Source: an uncultured Clostridia bacterium (GTDB lineage: Bacteria > Bacillota > Clostridia > TANB77 > CAG-508). Taken from it: a DNA stretch of 64,000 nt. The stretch is from contig CALXET010000005.1 in assembly GCA_944387405.1 (NCBI GenBank), forward strand, positions 30,823 through 94,822. The letters run 5' to 3'. This document shows positions 62,098-64,000 of the stretch, one piece after another (position 1 is the stretch's first letter; each line of letters opens with the position of its first letter). The notes under the pieces are model-generated. The model was not told the DNA's origin. It saw only the letters and a program-made list of their open reading frames with translations, and searched no databases. Made by a program: the position numbers and the translations under genes.

Positions 62098-64000
62098 ATG
62101 AAAAAAAAGGAACAAGAACAACCACAAGAAGATATAATTTTAGAAGAAAATAAACAACCTCTAGGATTGTTGGAAAAAAACAGAAAGACTATAAAAGATT
62201 TAATTGCTCCTGCTGGAATTGATGCAAGTAATGCAAATTATCTTACAATTGTTTCAAATAAAACAAGATATGCTAGAAGTATGATTGTATCAACAATACC
62301 AAGAATGTGTACATTCCCAGAATTTTTAAGAGGTATGTATACATTTGGAGATTTAAATGTATCAGTATTTATAAATCCAGTAAGTGAAAATGTATCACAA
62401 ACAGAATTAAACAGAACTATAAATGAATTAGAGTCTGAAAGAATTGTTGCATGGGATAGAGGAGATATAAATAGAGAAAGAATTTTAGCTCAAAAAAGAG
62501 CTGAAGCTGAGGAACTAAGAGATCAGATTGCAGCTGGATTTAATAAGCTATTTGAAGCTTCTATTATATGTACTTTGTTTGCATATTCTTTGGAAGAATT
62601 AGATAAATATACAGAACTTCTTGCGGCAGATATGTCAAAAACTCTTATTGGAGTAAAACCAGCATGGGCGCTTCAAGATGAAGCTTTAAGATCTAATATG
62701 CCATTTTGTGATAATAAAATCAGTAAAACTCATACATTTGATAGACGTTCAATGTCTACTGTATTCCCATTCTTTACATCAGATGTAGGTCATGAAAGAG
62801 GAATACCACTTGGATTTAATAGACAAACAGGACTTCCAATATTATTTGATAATTTTAGCCCAACACTTGCTAATTATAATATGGTTATATTTGGTAAGTC
62901 TGGTGCTGGTAAAGGTGTTACTATTAAAACTTTAACAGCACGTTCAGCAGTATTAATGGGAATTGAAAGTTTGGCCCTAGATGCTGAAGGTGAATATGGA
63001 GTTGTTGCCGAAGCTCTTGGTGGAGTAAATGTAACAATAAGTCCTACCTCAAAAACAATTATAAATATATTTGATATAGAACCTGAAATAGTAAAAGATG
63101 AAATAACGGGTAAAGAAAAAGTTGTTTTAAATGTAGAAAATAAAGTAGAGGATGTTACACAGGCTTTACTTACAATGGCAAGAGGTAGTACTAGAAGTAA
63201 AGAAGTAAATGAGCTTACAAAACAGATTATTTCTGAAGCTGTTGCTCAAGAGTATGAAAGTGTTGGTATTACAAATAATGTAGAAAGTTTATATGTAAAA
63301 TCATCTTCAATAGTTAGAGATAGACTAGAAAAAGAGAAAAAACCAATGCCAACAATAAGTTCTTGGTATGATAGAATATACAAAAATGCACAAAGTAATG
63401 AAAACCCAGATTATAGATTCCATTATAGTTATTTAATTAAAGTTATGAGACAATATGTTAAATCATTTAATGGACAAATGGCATATTTTGATGGTCAATC
63501 TACATTTGAATTATTAGATGGAATGCCATTTATAAATCTAGATATTTCTCAATTAGAGGAAAATTTTGCAAGACCACTTGCACAACAAATATTACTTTCT
63601 TGGATTTGGGAGAAATATGTAAAGAAAAATAGTGAAGATAAAGCTAAAGCTGTTAAGAAAAGAGTTTTAGTTGATGAAGCTTGGATGCTTTTACCTTATC
63701 CAGAAGCTGTAGATTTCTTGAATAAAATGGCAAGACGTGCTAGAAAAAGAAATGTTTCTTTAGCAGTTATGTCACAGAAATTCCAAGACTTCTATGAAAA
63801 ACCAGAAGTTCAAGCGGTACTTACATCTTCTGATACGAAACTATTTTTAGCACAAGATAAATCAGAGATTCAATATTTAAAAGAAGTATTTAAATTAAGT
63901 GAAGGTGAAGCTCATTTCTTAACAACATGTCAAAGAGGTGAAGGTTTACTAAAAGTTGGAGAGGATACTGCAATTATTGCTATCCAACCAACAAAGAAAG
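62098..64000 (+). CDS. VirB4-like ATPase, runs off the window end (absent from the ORF track)
   Basis: ATG 62098 after AGGAGG; IKDLIAP, Walker A GKSGAGKG, Walker B VLVDEAW, RRARKRN, GEGLL. Confidence 0.88.
   Translation, partial: MKKKEQEQPQEDIILEENKQPLGLLEKNRKTIKDLIAPAGIDASNANYLTIVSNKTRYARSMIVSTIPRMCTFPEFLRGMYTFGDLNVSVFINPVSENVSQTELNRTINELESERIVAWDRGDINRERILAQKRAEAEELRDQIAAGFNKLFEASIICTLFAYSLEELDKYTELLAADMSKTLIGVKPAWALQDEALRSNMPFCDNKISKTHTFDRRSMSTVFPFFTSDVGHERGIPLGFNRQTGLPILFDNFSPTLANYNMVIFGKSGAGKGVTIKTLTARSAVLMGIESLALDAEGEYGVVAEALGGVNVTISPTSKTIINIFDIEPEIVKDEITGKEKVVLNVENKVEDVTQALLTMARGSTRSKEVNELTKQIISEAVAQEYESVGITNNVESLYVKSSSIVRDRLEKEKKPMPTISSWYDRIYKNAQSNENPDYRFHYSYLIKVMRQYVKSFNGQMAYFDGQSTFELLDGMPFINLDISQLEENFARPLAQQILLSWIWEKYVKKNSEDKAKAVKKRVLVDEAWMLLPYPEAVDFLNKMARRARKRNVSLAVMSQKFQDFYEKPEVQAVLTSSDTKLFLAQDKSEIQYLKEVFKLSEGEAHFLTTCQRGEGLLKVGEDTAIIAIQPTKK

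Overview
Very AT-rich Firmicute (Clostridia-like) chromosomal window; a gut TANB77/CAG-type lineage is an inference only. The housekeeping backbone includes ABC-F, Tex, HtrA, LCP, a D,D-carboxypeptidase, ComEA and 8 tRNAs. It is interrupted by: (i) a single-module NRPS (C-A-T-R) in an apparent operon with a sensor kinase and a REC-HD-GYP protein; (ii) two integrase-less islets stacked at tRNA-Pro; (iii) a ~16.8 kb tyrosine-integrase element in tRNA-fMet carrying defence-type cargo (DpnII-type RM, STAND-like ATPase, frameshifted HNH protein, retron-type RT locus); and (iv) a VirB2-like pilin array with PrgI and VirB4 at the right end. The best candidate for an undescribed system is the RT locus (minus strand, 44936 to 42219). 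It reads promoter > ~200-nt multi-stem ncRNA > 101-nt hairpin burying the RBS of a ~70-aa two-TM peptide > second hairpin burying the RT RBS > retron-type RT > 380-aa HEPN-like protein. The NRPS-HK-HD-GYP operon is a second candidate, as a possible peptide-aldehyde signalling circuit. All RNA structures were paired by eye; nothing was computed.
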